From: Carcharhinus longimanus
Lineage: Eukaryota
Direction: 5' to 3'
DNA: 59,801 nucleotides
Assembly (NCBI GenBank): GCA_030264375.1
Contig: JASCQW010000119.1
Coordinates: 8,700,372-8,760,172, forward strand
Below, one piece after another: positions 26,601 to 38,317 of this stretch. The notes below the pieces were generated by a model. That model was given only the letters and a program-made list of their open reading frames with translations, searched no databases and was not told the DNA's origin. A program made the translations under genes and the position numbers. Each line of letters starts with the position of its first letter. Positions within the stretch are counted from its first letter, which is position 1.

Positions 26601-27796
26601 AAAAGGCTGCAACCCTTTATTTCCAAAGCATTGTGAACGGTGCAATGGCAGCCGTCCCTAACCAACCGGCACCGTATAATTTTTCATTGGCACAATGAAT
26701 GGGCTCAGGATGATGTTCAGTCGTGATGTCAGAGTGTGACTTCTGAGAAAAGGTGTTTGATTACTGCCATAAATTCTGTTCATTAAAGATATGAGCAGTT
26801 CTCCGTTCAACACAATCAGAAAACATGTCTTACAAGGTTACATTCGGTTTGTTTTGCTGAGTAAAATAGCGAGATTATTTTGAGAACAACTAATGGGCAG
26901 TAAGCCAACCTCATGGTAACGATTGGCCGCGGTACAATAATATCACTTTGACTGGCGTCCGTCAGCAAACCATTTGGCAGCGGGTAAACGAACGTGGTTT
27001 CGATGTGGAAAGCAAATTGTGCCGTGCAAAATTGAAATTTTGAAATGACGCTCGTTTTATGTTCCAACCGTCCTCGACCTGCCCTCTTACCTGCCCTCTA
27101 ACGGCGGCAAAATGTTTGGCATTATCTTTCTCGAGATTTGGAAAACTCATTGTAGTCATTATGTGCTGAATAGCATTTCACTTTTTCAGCCAAGGTGATG
27201 GTGGAAATAATTGTCCAATATTGGCCATCTTACAAACGGTCGAATAATTGCCGCTGAACCTTGTAGTGAAAAGAAATGTCCGAAATCCTGATGAGGGCTT
27301 CCAGCAGTGACACATATGCACATTACCAAACTCCTCCAAACATATTATGTTAATCTGATGCCAATATTCGCTCAGCGTTAGCTCATTGCTTCATGGGGCA
27401 AAATTTCAATTTGTGGAATTTTATTCCGTACGTCATTCTGCACTTTTAATTCACCTCAGCAAATCGTTGAAAGAAAAACTATCCAAATCTGTCCGTTTTC
27501 TTTCATCACCCGCAATATGTTACGTTCTTGAGAATTATTGCACTATTTGTTTCAGCAGTTTAAATTTTATTTTAAAAATGTCCGTGTCTCTAGTGACAAT
27601 AATTAATCAAATTGCACATTACTTTCCATTATCAAAAATTATGTGGAAACCGGGGAGCATTTTTACTTTAAAATGTTCCCTCTACATGGTCTTCTGAAAG
27701 TAAGTAGCAGATTGCTTTTGTTTGATAACCTTAAAATGTTCGCTAATGTATCTTTAGAGTTATATATTTATAAAATCAAATGTTTGTCTAATGAAG

Positions 27797-27823
27797 AGAG
27801 AAAACTGAGGGAAAAAGAGAAAG
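27797..27823 (+). CDS. Microexon 9 (27 nt, ERKLREKEK)
   Basis: tgtttgtctaatgaag|...AAG|gtacat. Confidence 0.8.
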
Positions 27824-29093
27824 GTACATGGCTTCCAATATTTACTTAGTTAATATTTAATAGTTTTTGGCTCATTCGTAATACCGTTCAATATGTAATT
27901 GTTCTTTTCCAGCATATTGCACATGCAGTGATCGTAATTAAAATGTAAGCAGCGTGCTGCCTTATGCAGAACGCTGAGTAATTAATTGTTGCAATTTTAT
28001 TTGGTCCATATGATGGAGCAAATAAGATAATTCTGTCAAACTTTTTAAAAAAAATAGAACAAACAGTGGCCGAACGGGCACAGAAACATTTCCACCATTA
28101 ATTCCGAGCAGAACTGATCNNNNNNNNNNNNNNNNNNNNNNNNNNNNNNNNNNNNNNNNNNNNNNNNNNNNNNNNNNNNNNNNNNNNNNNNNNNNNNNNN
28201 NNNNNNNNNNNNNNNNNNNNNNNNNNNNNNNNNNNNNNNNNNNNNNNNNNNNNNNNNNNNNNNNNNNNNNNNNNNNNNNNNNNNNNNNNNNNNNNNNNNN
28301 NNNNNNNNNNNNNNNNNNNNNNNNNNNNNNNNNNNNNNNNNNNNNNNNNNNNNNNNNNNNNNNNNNNNNNNNNNNNNNNNNNNNNNNNNNNNNNNNNNNN
28401 NNNNNNNNNNNNNNNNNNNNNNNNNNNNNNNNNNNNNNNNNNNNNNNNNNNNNNNNNNNNNNNNNNNNNNNNNNNNNNNNNNNNNNNNNNNNNNNNNNNN
28501 NNNNNNNNNNNNNNNNNNNNNNNNNNNNNNNNNNNNNNNNNNNNNNNNNNNNNNNNNNNNNNNNNNNNNNNNNNNNNNNNNNNNNNNNNNNNNNNNNNNN
28601 NNNNNNNNNNNNNNNNNNNNNNNNNNNNNNNNNNNNNNNNNNNNNNNNNNNNNNNNNNNNNNNNNNNNNNNNNNNNNNNNNNNNNNNNNNNNNNNNNNNN
28701 NNNNNNNNNNNNNNNNNNNNNNNNNNNNNNNNNNNNNNNNNNNNNNNNNNNNNNNNNNNNNNNNNNNNNNNNNNNNNNNNNNNNNNNNNNNNNNNACATG
28801 GTGGTAAAATTATAAACAGGAATTTCAAATTCAAGATTGTAAGTTTTTTTTCATCACTTCGCATATTTCAATAACGCAGCATTTTTTACTAATGTTGTGG
28901 AATAATTTTTGGCAAACACTTCCTTCTCAAAAATTTCAGTTCATTCAACTGTGTGAGTGGAATCCAGATTTCTGAAGAAGAAAATGAACACCGACTTTTG
29001 TGTTATGACTATGCCAGAGATATTGCAAAATAATTTTGTTTGAAGAATAAATATTCGGGAACAAAATTTGACATGCCGTTTGTTGTGTTGCAG

Positions 29094-29129
29094 AGCACAA
29101 CGCCTGCCAATATGTATTGAAAGAATTAG
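29094..29129 (+). CDS. Microexon 10 (36 nt, EHNACQYVLKEL), GC donor
   Basis: tttgttgtgttgcag|...TTAG|gcaagt (GC-AG type donor with otherwise consensus context). Confidence 0.8.
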
Positions 29130-29883
29130 GCAAGTGGCATGGTTTGCAATTCTTTGAAATTAATATTTGTGCTCATTGATCCACCATGTTTGCAATGTTT
29201 GCAGGACTTGTCACTCGCTGAAATATAATTTTGTTTTCACCCTCGAACAACAAATTTTAATATATTGATGAAAATAAAATGATTTGGATTAACGTGGTCT
29301 GTTGTATTACCACCACAAAATGTAGCACGTAACATTCCCGCCGAATGTACATATGTTCGAAAGGTTCGTGCTCATTTATGCAAAGAGGACATGAAACTAC
29401 GTTCAAGCTTGCCAGCAACAGTAGTATAATGATTGTTCTATCGGCTGTATTGTGATTTATCACAGAGCAAAGAGACCACTTGCACTTCGAAAATGTAATT
29501 GAATGACCTCCTTCCAGAAAAGGTGACAATTGTTTTCGAAATGCATTGCATTGAAATGTGAAACAAGCAGGCAGCTGTACCTATTCATTCAATTGTCTAT
29601 GGAGTTAGATTAAAAAAAAAATCAGAGGTGGATAGAACTAGCATCTGAACAATGTTTGAATCTGAGGATCGATGCATCCATGAATAGTACGGTGAACACT
29701 TTCAGATATATTTGTCAACTTTCTCACCCCTACGAAGTTATGCCAAAGCTTCAGGGGAATTATGTAATACTAGAGAGCAGTCACACTATGCGTACATTTA
29801 ATCAGACTGGAAATAGTGTCGCGGATTTCGTGAAATACCAACTAATCTGACTCAATAACAGTTATATTTCTATACTCTGGTAG

Positions 29884-29910
29884 AAGAAAAGCTCAATGGA
29901 AGAAACACAG
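29884..29910 (+). CDS. Microexon 11 (27 nt, EEKLNGRNT)
   Basis: tttctatactctggtag|...CAG|gtagct. Confidence 0.8.
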
Positions 29911-30064
29911 GTAGCTGTTTTTACGTTGTTAATTTGTCAGTTTAAATTTTCTCACTGAAATTGACATATTCTGCTCAGTGGTGGCAAGCAGTACTTTGTG
30001 AAGAGGAAAGATGGCTGCTGCAACTGGGAATTAAATGTTGGCATTTCCGCAGTATGCAACATGT

Positions 30065-30270
30065 CCAAGTCCAAAGATGTGCAGTTTAGTTTTATTGGAC
30101 ATGCTGAAAATTAGTCGCTTAGCTTCCTGTGATGCGTAGTTTAGATGAATTAGTGGGTAATACATGTAGTGACATGAGGATAGAGCCTGGGTGGGATTGT
30201 GGTCAGTGCAGACTCGGTGGACCGAATGTCTCTCCCTGTACTGTAGGGATTCTATGATTCTATAATTCTA
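30065..30270 (+). mobile_element. HE1-like SINE, 3' half
   Basis: gtccaaagatgtgcag...gtgcagactcggtggaccgaatg...ctgtagggattctatgattct. Confidence 0.9.
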
Positions 30271-30611
30271 GAATGAGCAGTCCTTTAACTTTTGTCTCGG
30301 AAAATGGGCTGCAAAAAGACAACCATGATCGTGTAAATGCAGAAGGAAACAAAGGGACTGTGAGCAACGAGTAAATTGAAACATTCATCAACATGGAGTG
30401 AATTAACTGCGTGACATGGTTTAAATGTTACATATGTTCATTTTCGAAGAAGGAAAATGGATAATTTTGCAAAATATGAACATTGCGAAGGAACACATAG
30501 ATTGTCTAAATCTTCGTTTATTATGATGTATCAAATATATTTAAACAGTTGGAGAACATTGACAATTAGTCACCTCATAAATGTTACATTTTTTACCAAT
30601 TTTACTTGCAG

Positions 30612-30647
30612 AATTGGCGAACTGCGGAGTTGCTTTATACAATTTAG
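30612..30647 (+). CDS. Microexon 12 (36 nt, ELANCGVALYNL)
   Basis: ttttacttgcag|...TTAG|gtcaga. Confidence 0.85.
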   Translation, partial: NWRTAELLYTI

Positions 30648-32351
30648 GTCAGAACGTTATTTCTGTCGATTTTCTCGACACTTTTCAAAGATAATTGATT
30701 TATGTCTTCGCTGGACTTAATACGAAATAAAAAAAAACTGGATCTATGNNNNNNNNNNNNNNNNNNNNNNNNNNNNNNNNNNNNNNNNNNNNNNNNNNNN
30801 NNNNNNNNNNNNNNNNNNNNNNNNNNNNNNNNNNNNNNNNNNNNNNNNCACGCACGATTGTTCAACAAATAATGTGCAAAGGTGTGTTCAAAATGCAGTT
30901 GTTAACTAGGGATGTAAGGCAACAATCCTGCTTTGTCAACAGCACGTTTATAAATATTACCTTTATTCTAGGGAAGAAACAAAACCACTTAATCGAGATC
31001 CTGCTCATTATATTTTACTGTGACTTCAAAATGAATTGATTACAACGACATTGTGTAACAACAGAAAACATAATTGTATCAAGCAGAATTTTAGCGGACT
31101 AATTGCTCATGTAGTATGCACAACAATATTTCACTATTTTCATCGAATCCCACTTGGTATTAAAGGGAGAGTCTAGTTTGTTCTTTTTTATATTGATAGC
31201 ATCAAGATAAAAAAAAATATATTGGAGTTAGCCTAAAACTCAAGCAGTTCTAATTTATGTTATTTTGGCGTTTGGTATTACTGCAAACAAAATATTTTCA
31301 TCCCAACTGTGATTCTATTGGCTCACTCGGATGTTTTTAATTAAAGCAAACTAGTTACAGCACAGTTAAAATACAGTTAAAACATGATTAGTCAATGCAA
31401 ATGCATACAAAATAAGAATGTATACTTTCTAAAATCTAGCTTTCTATTTTGGTCCAATTTAAGCAGTAACCCCACCGCGATAAATTGCCCTTCCAAATAG
31501 TTTGCACGAAATAAATAGATTGACGCTGACGCTTGTTGTCCAGCATATCATTCCTTCTTGACAGAGCTACGGAATTATACCTGCCTTCTGATTCCCATGC
31601 GTAAGCCTCCAGAGAAAGATATAATATGTATATTTTAATGTATATTTTTTTCAAGCAACAGTAATCCAAAGACGAACTGACGTCCGCGGAGAGCAGACTC
31701 TTCAAAACTTGAGACAGACGAAGTTAGTCGCAGAGCGCTCCTTCCGCCAAACAATTTCCAGAATCAAAACATTATTTTTCTACGTAAGAATGCAGAATTG
31801 AGTCACTTTTAAAAAAAATACTGTCAAACAACATAATCAAACTATACACTGAAAAAAAAAACTGAGGGTGGAAAAATCATAACTGCATCAGTGCTGTTCA
31901 ACGCAAAAATGGTACCAGTGTAAGAGAAATCTGTATTAAATATTATACCTGAGCTGGGTATGGAATTCGGAATCATAGATATTAGTGAAANNNNNNNNNN
32001 NNNNNNNNNNNNNNNNNNNNNNNNNNNNNNNNNNNNNNNNNNNNNNNNNNNNNNNNNNNNNNNNNNNNNNNNNNNNNNNNNNNNNNNNNNGACTCTCTGT
32101 TTCAATCGGGTTAAATAAGTGGTCGTCTTGGGGAACCACGACACCAGCTCGGATCAGATATGCTTCCACAGAAATAGTTTTTTTTTAGTAGCCAAACTTA
32201 TACCATGTGGAAAGAACAGATTGATATAAAAATACCTACATAAGAAACACGACAAAAATGTGTTTTTGAAGGCGTAAGATCGTCGAGATATTTAGAATGA
32301 ACTATTTCCATTGCATTCTCTCTCTGAAATTAATAATATATTCCATCACAG

Positions 32352-32378
32352 AAGAAACAATTAAAGCAAAAAAACAAG
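32352..32378 (+). CDS. Microexon 13 (27 nt, EETIKAKKQ)
   Basis: atattccatcacag|...AAG|gtatct. Confidence 0.8.
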
Positions 32379-32928
32379 GTATCTAACGATGAGAGTCAGT
32401 TTTTTTTTAACAAGTTAAACATCTTCTCTGAAGATAATTGAAAATGTGAACACACAGCAAATATATTTGAACTGTTTTTGTCCATACAATTTCACTGCAC
32501 AGAATCATAGCAAATATCTGAACTGTAAATTGTAAAACTAATTATGTACGCTGATGATATGCTGTAATTTCCAGCAACCTGTTGGCAAAGTCTACCTGAT
32601 GTTGTCCTGGGTCCTATGAAGCAGCAACATGAATATTGTGGGTTTTTTTTCAAATTGCAAAATAATTTAGTTAAGCTTGGATTTGCAGGGAAAATCGCTG
32701 CATCCAAGTCACAGTGTTGATTGTAAGAGACTCTATCCCCTGATTTTAAATTAATAAGCACTGTGTCTAGACGTGGTATAAGGTATGGACCTGTTAAGGC
32801 GGGCGTCATGTCTGGCTACTACTCATATTTCTTGCAGCACTAAGCCATGAAGTGAGAATCCCTAACATTTTGAGTGCTACCAGAAGTTAATTCAATATTA
32901 TCACTCTTCGTGTATTTTTTTTTCGAAG

Positions 32929-32961
32929 TTGCAAAACGTGAAACACATTTGCTGGTGGAAG
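32929..32961 (+). CDS. Microexon 14 (33 nt, VAKRETHLLVE; 36-nt class with shifted acceptor)
   Basis: ttttttttcgaag|...AAG|gtagct; lies at the expected 36-class position; Arg (CGT) at the Cys position. Confidence 0.65.
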
Positions 32962-33599
32962 GTAGCTATTATTTAAGAGCGACAGGTTTTTTTTTGGAAA
33001 GTGCAAAGACATACGTGCTTTCAACTGTTCACACGTACCTGACATTCAAACACTGCTACTGCAGGCAGGGAATGAATACCTGATAGAATGCTGTTTTGAG
33101 CCCCATAAGGACGAACTTAAAATAAATGAAAACGAACGCTGTAGTTAACACAAAGATACGTAATGACGTAATGTGGAACAGACAAAAAAGTTGAAATAAT
33201 TTTGTGGAAGGGGATCTGATGTCCCAAGATTCGTGGGATTTGTCAAATCTACAAATTATTTTGCCTTTGTACAGTACATATTTTGTGTATGTCTTACTCA
33301 ATTTAAACAAAAAAAAATTGTTACTGAATACATCATTCACTAATCGTCTCAGTCGATATTAATGTTTGTTGAAATCAATGGTCAGGATGTAAATACATGA
33401 TGCTGAATTGGTAGCCAATTATGTTTCAACAAGTTTAAATGCCACTTACGTTAGTGCATGAGGTGCTAATGAAAAAAGTCCGCTTTGAACTGCATGCCAC
33501 AATGTACTGCTGTTGATTGGGGCTGTGAAACCACTGTCCCTGTTATGATGTACCACTGATTGTCGATATATAAAAATAAGGTATTTGGACACTGAAAAA

Positions 33600-35135
33600 G
33601 CTTCAAACACGATAGGTTCGCAGGGTCTCATGGGATCGAGCACATAATACTGAGGGAGGCAATTGGGGAAAGTGCTGAGGCCTTGACGTTAATTGGTCTA
33701 CCCTAATTGGCTACAGGTGAAGTTCCAGAGGGTTGGACGATATCCAACGCTGTTTTTTTTTAAGGGCAGCAGGGATAATCGAGGAAATTATCACATGGGG
33801 AGCCTTCCGACATTAGAAGGAAAATAAAACATTGAAACAAGTTCTTAGGGAAAGTGTTTACTCACATTTGATAACAGAGGGACTTATGAGTGATGTACAG
33901 CATGGTTTTGTGAGGGACGGGTTAGTTCCTCGCTAACCTAATCGAGCTTTTCCAGGAAGAGATGAAGATGATAGATGAGGAAAGGCAGAGAATGTTGTAT
34001 ATATGGATTTCATTAAAGTATTTGGCAAAGTACGTCATGGTGGGCTTGTACGAATGGTGCTGTTGCACGTGATCGAAGGGGAGCTGTGAAGGTGGATATA
34101 GAACTGGCGTGGCCTTAGACGACTGGTGGTAGAACTATAGGGGGTTTGTAGTGGAGTTTTTTTTTGAATGGAAGGTTGTGACTGTCCCTGTTCCTCAGGA
34201 ATAAATTCGGTAACCTTTCTTGTTTACAGTATATGCAAAAGTTGTTGATAGTGAAGAGGATTGTCATAGCACCAGCAAGACATAGGCCGCTTGGAGACTA
34301 GGACGGAGAAATAATAAATGGAGTTTAATCCGGACAAGTGTGCGATAATGCATTTTGGAGGGTCCAATGCATCTAGCAATTATACAGGAAACGGTGGAAC
34401 CCGAAGGGATATTGAGAAGCAGTCAGTTCTGAGTACACATGCCCACTGATCACGGAAGGTGGCAACGCAGGTGGAGAAGATTTTCAAGAAAGCATACGGG
34501 GTGCATGCCTTCAATTTGCGAGGAATTTAAGATGAAACAAAAATGGCAGAACATGCTCCAGTTGTACAGAACCTTAGTTAGGCATCATTTGGAATGTTAT
34601 GTACAATTCTGCTTGCCCCACTACCTGAAGGATGTGGATGATTTGGAAAGGATACAGAAAATGTTTACGGGAATGTTGCTTTGGCTGGTGGGTGTTAGCT
34701 TGACGAGAGATTGGCTAACCTCGATTTGTTATCACTGGAACGACGAAGTTGGAGGCTTGACCTTATTGAGGTCTACAAAAAAAATGGATGACGTAGGTAG
34801 AGTGGATCGTCAGAAGCTCTATCCTAAGGTAGTAATGTCAAGTCCTATGGAATTATGTTTAAGGTGCTTGGGAAAAAAAATTGGAGCAGATGTGTGGGTC
34901 TTTTTTTTTACACAGAGGATGGTGAATGGTTGAAATGCGCTGCCGAGCCAGGTGTTGCTTACAGATTCCAATGACGGCATTTAAGGAGAAACGAGACAAG
35001 TGCATGAAGAGGATGGGGATGGAAGGACTAACTCTCTATAAGTGCGTCTGATTTTAGATGAGACAAACATCGTGATCCGCACAGACTAGGCGGGCGGGAA
35101 GGCCTGTCCAGGTGTTGTAATTCCCTTTGTTCATT
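33600..35135 (+). mobile_element. CR1 LINE, RT to 3' end
   Basis: QHGFVR, YMDFIKVFGKVRHG, LYRTLVRHHLECYVQF and FFTQRMVNG motifs. Confidence 0.92.
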
Positions 35136-35441
35136 TTTCCTTGATTCTCTTTTCCAACTGAACGCACAGAGGAATGCAACAAATGAGATTCAGATAAAAT
35201 CTGAGTGCTCATTTTATGCTATGCTGTTTTCTAATTGTGGATTTAATTGAAGATGATGTAAAGATCTCATTGTGCCAAATAGTCTTAAAACACAGAACGA
35301 AACCAATTGACGAAGATGGGGAGGATTTTTTTTTTGTATTAATTTCTACAGTTCTGGTATTTAACCGCAGGAAAGCTAGAATTAAATGACAATGTTGATT
35401 TTCTTTTTCACGGAGATTCCTAATGTTCAGTCGTATATATA

Positions 35442-35740
35442 GCGGCTAAGTGGCACTGTGATAATCCCTGCTTCTCCACAGCTCCATGCATCCGGAAACA
35501 TCCCAGCCTCGAGTCGCTATTGGAGTGTAGTTGGTACCTTCTCTTCATGTCTGCATGGGCTTCCTCTGGGTGCTCCGATTTTCCCCCAAAGTCCAACGTT
35601 GTGCTGGTGCGGCTGACTGGACATGATTGATCTTAGCATCAAGAGATCAGCAGAGGTTACGTGAATATGACCTGAATGGGATTCAGGTGGGTGCAGTCTC
35701 GATGGGACGAGTTGCCTCCTTCTGAATTGTGGTTCCCGTA
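35442..35740 (+). mobile_element. HE1-like V-SINE (diverged)
   Basis: tgtctgcatgggcttcctctgggtgctccgattttcc..agtccaa V domain; gtgcagtctcgatggg tail. Confidence 0.85.
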
Positions 35741-36699
35741 TAACAAATCCCTCAAATTGTGGACGAAGTCAGCGGGTGGTGGTGTTTTAATTTTTTAAAA
35801 AAATGGCACAACCTCTTGCATTTAGATGAACCACATTCATAGAGAGAACGTACGAAAGTGCAACTTGGAAATTGTTTGAAGGGCAGTGTTGATTAAAATG
35901 TATCTAACAGGAAGCTAGACAGAAACAGAAACAGAGAAGAAAATTAGTGTAAATGTACTGCAACAGAGATCTATTAAGAGGGAATAATTAGAACATTCTA
36001 TTCATTAACACACTCTGGCACATTCCGACTGGAACGTGCATTCAATTATTTAATTTTAGAAATAATACGAACGAAATCAAATGTGATCACAGATTTTCTG
36101 AGAGAAAAAAATACATTAACGCATACGTTGCTATCTTGTAGAGCAAAACGTTTGTGAAACGTTGCTAAATGATGCAGGTGAGATATTATTTCTGCAATAG
36201 TTTTGACATAGTTGCGCCCAATTTTTGAAGTTGCTGCTGTGACAAAACCAACGTAAGCAGAATATACAGAAACACTTTTCTGAAATGATTCCACTTACGG
36301 CCTGCCTAAATTATACAATAGTACAGAGGTGAACAGACGATTTGTTGGATTGAAATATTGGAGCTTCTCCCGAAGTCTTTATGATCCACTATGACTTTCT
36401 TCCTGGCAGGGTAATACCTGTTCTTCGCGTCACCATTTTTTTTGAACTATCAGGCCACATTTTCTTCCATCAAAAATGTTAGAATTACGCAAAAGCACAA
36501 CTCAGGAACTATGTTATCACATCTTCCATTTGGTTGTTCTTCTGGTACATGTATTAGCTTACCCTCTGCAAATATTGTCATCAGTAAAGAAATCTCTGTT
36601 GAATCCCTCGATAAATTTGTTGGTCTGCGTGTGAAATTTACTTTCTCTTCTTTTATTTAGACATCCTGTGCCTTGCAAATTCATTAAGGGATGCGTGTC

Positions 36700-36950
36700 T
36701 GGTGACATTGATCATTGATCCCTTGCCATATGTTCAACATACACATTTTCCATGAGCTTGTTGATGAGAATCAAGACAAACATATAATCTCCCACCCAAG
36801 GTGGCCAGATTGCAGGTCTAACATTTTCACTAGGGGTGTTAAAATGTCCCCCATTATCGTTACCTTGGTTGACATTCATCACTATTATTTCAGCTTTCCT
36901 TCCGAACCTCAGCTTCTTCATGATTCTAAACCATTTAATCATGAGTGCTG
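36700..36950 (-). mobile_element. Old CR1 endonuclease fragment
   Basis: VTIMGD...FN resembles the CR1 motif VIMGDFN; heavily eroded. Confidence 0.4.
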
Positions 36951-37159
36951 GTTGCTTCAATGTCAGCATGGTTGGGGGCTTAATATTCATCATTTTCTGC
37001 AACAAGAACTTCGTCGTAGAATCAAGGGCGTGCAGAAGAACATTCAACTACTGAACATGCACCGAAAACAGTCCCATCCACGTTTTGACCCCATGGAACC
37101 AAATAATTACTATGCTAATTCCTTGGCACAAAGGGTGCCAAATCGAAGTAACATTTTTC

Positions 37160-37296
37160 AACTTTGCAAGGAAACTGGCGCACCTGGACAAATGCACGCA
37201 AATTGTAACAACGCCACACAAATTGCAACCTAAAGCCAGATTAGAAGCATGGCCAATGGCGCTGTGAGGTCGCAGTGCTAACTACAATGGCGCCCT
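37160..37296 (-). mobile_element. V-SINE 5' fragment
   Basis: ggcgctgtgaggtcgcagtgctaac is the reverse complement of the HE1-like tRNA head. Confidence 0.7.
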
Positions 37297-38290
37297 TACT
37301 ATGCCTACTGTTCATAACTGACAGTGTGCTCATATTCCTTAGCTTTATCTCCGCAATCCATCTGTGGCCTCGACAGCCCTGATCTCTGTCATCACCGGGA
37401 AGGATGCAATTTGTTGGCCATTCTTGATTTTTATCTTCTATTGCAGTTGTGGAATGTTGTTTCGCAAAGGAACAGACTGGTGTTGTGGCTTAGGAACCAA
37501 GTGGCAATACCACTGTGCCACCAATTCCCCCACGGTGGCAGCCCCTTCCTCTTGAAACAACATGCCATTCAGAGAAAACAGACATGAGTATTAGATTGTG
37601 TTTTGCTGTAAACGGGATATAGAGTCACATTTCCCTGAATGTTCACTCTTCAGTGAAACCTTTCGTCATTGTAAAATCTCCTTGAAACCTAGTTAAATGA
37701 GTTTTTTTCGGAATACCACATCATTTGTTGTATGTCATGCAAATATTCACATTTCGAGCTATATTCGTTCGAGCATCAACAACGTAAAATATAATAATTT
37801 GTTTGCTGTGTAAATTTAAGTAGTGTTCAATTATTATTATTTTTATTATCATTATTATTTCATTGGAATTAACTTTGCGGCTGTTCCATCATGTATTGTC
37901 AATCCCACAATGCCATTGACTGAGTAATCAAGTTTGAATCATAATGCTATGTATAAGGAGTCACATTTCGCTATAACTCAGTCAAGATGGCCAAATTTAT
38001 TTGCTAAATTCCAATGCAGAAACACAGTTTTCTTTTTTCCCTGCAATTGGCAATTATATTTTGGTCGAGATTGCAGTTTTCATTTTTTATTTTTCGCCTT
38101 TTTTTCACTGAGTTCGAGTTTCAGTAACTGAATAAGAATCTGAGGAAAATGGTTGTTGGTTCTGTGCTAGTGTTCCAATGCCAGTACTAATACAACACTC
38201 TGTTCCATTAGAAAATAAGCATTATACCTGTCATCAGGATGTGCAATGTCTCGTCAGGTTTCACCACCATTTGTTTAAATATACTTCCAG

Positions 38291-38317
38291 AAACAAAACT
38301 AAAAGCCAAAATGCAAG
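38291..38317 (+). CDS. Microexon 15 (27 nt, ETKLKAKMQ)
   Basis: atatacttccag|...AAG|gtaatg. Confidence 0.85.

Noticed and set aside
27962-28864. Long ORFs of 233-361 aa here and at 54,308-55,393
   Set aside because: Artefacts of translating N-gaps.
35371-35947. Possible additional decayed 27/36 pair
   Set aside because: Neither has a donor at the expected position; A-rich chance similarity is likely.
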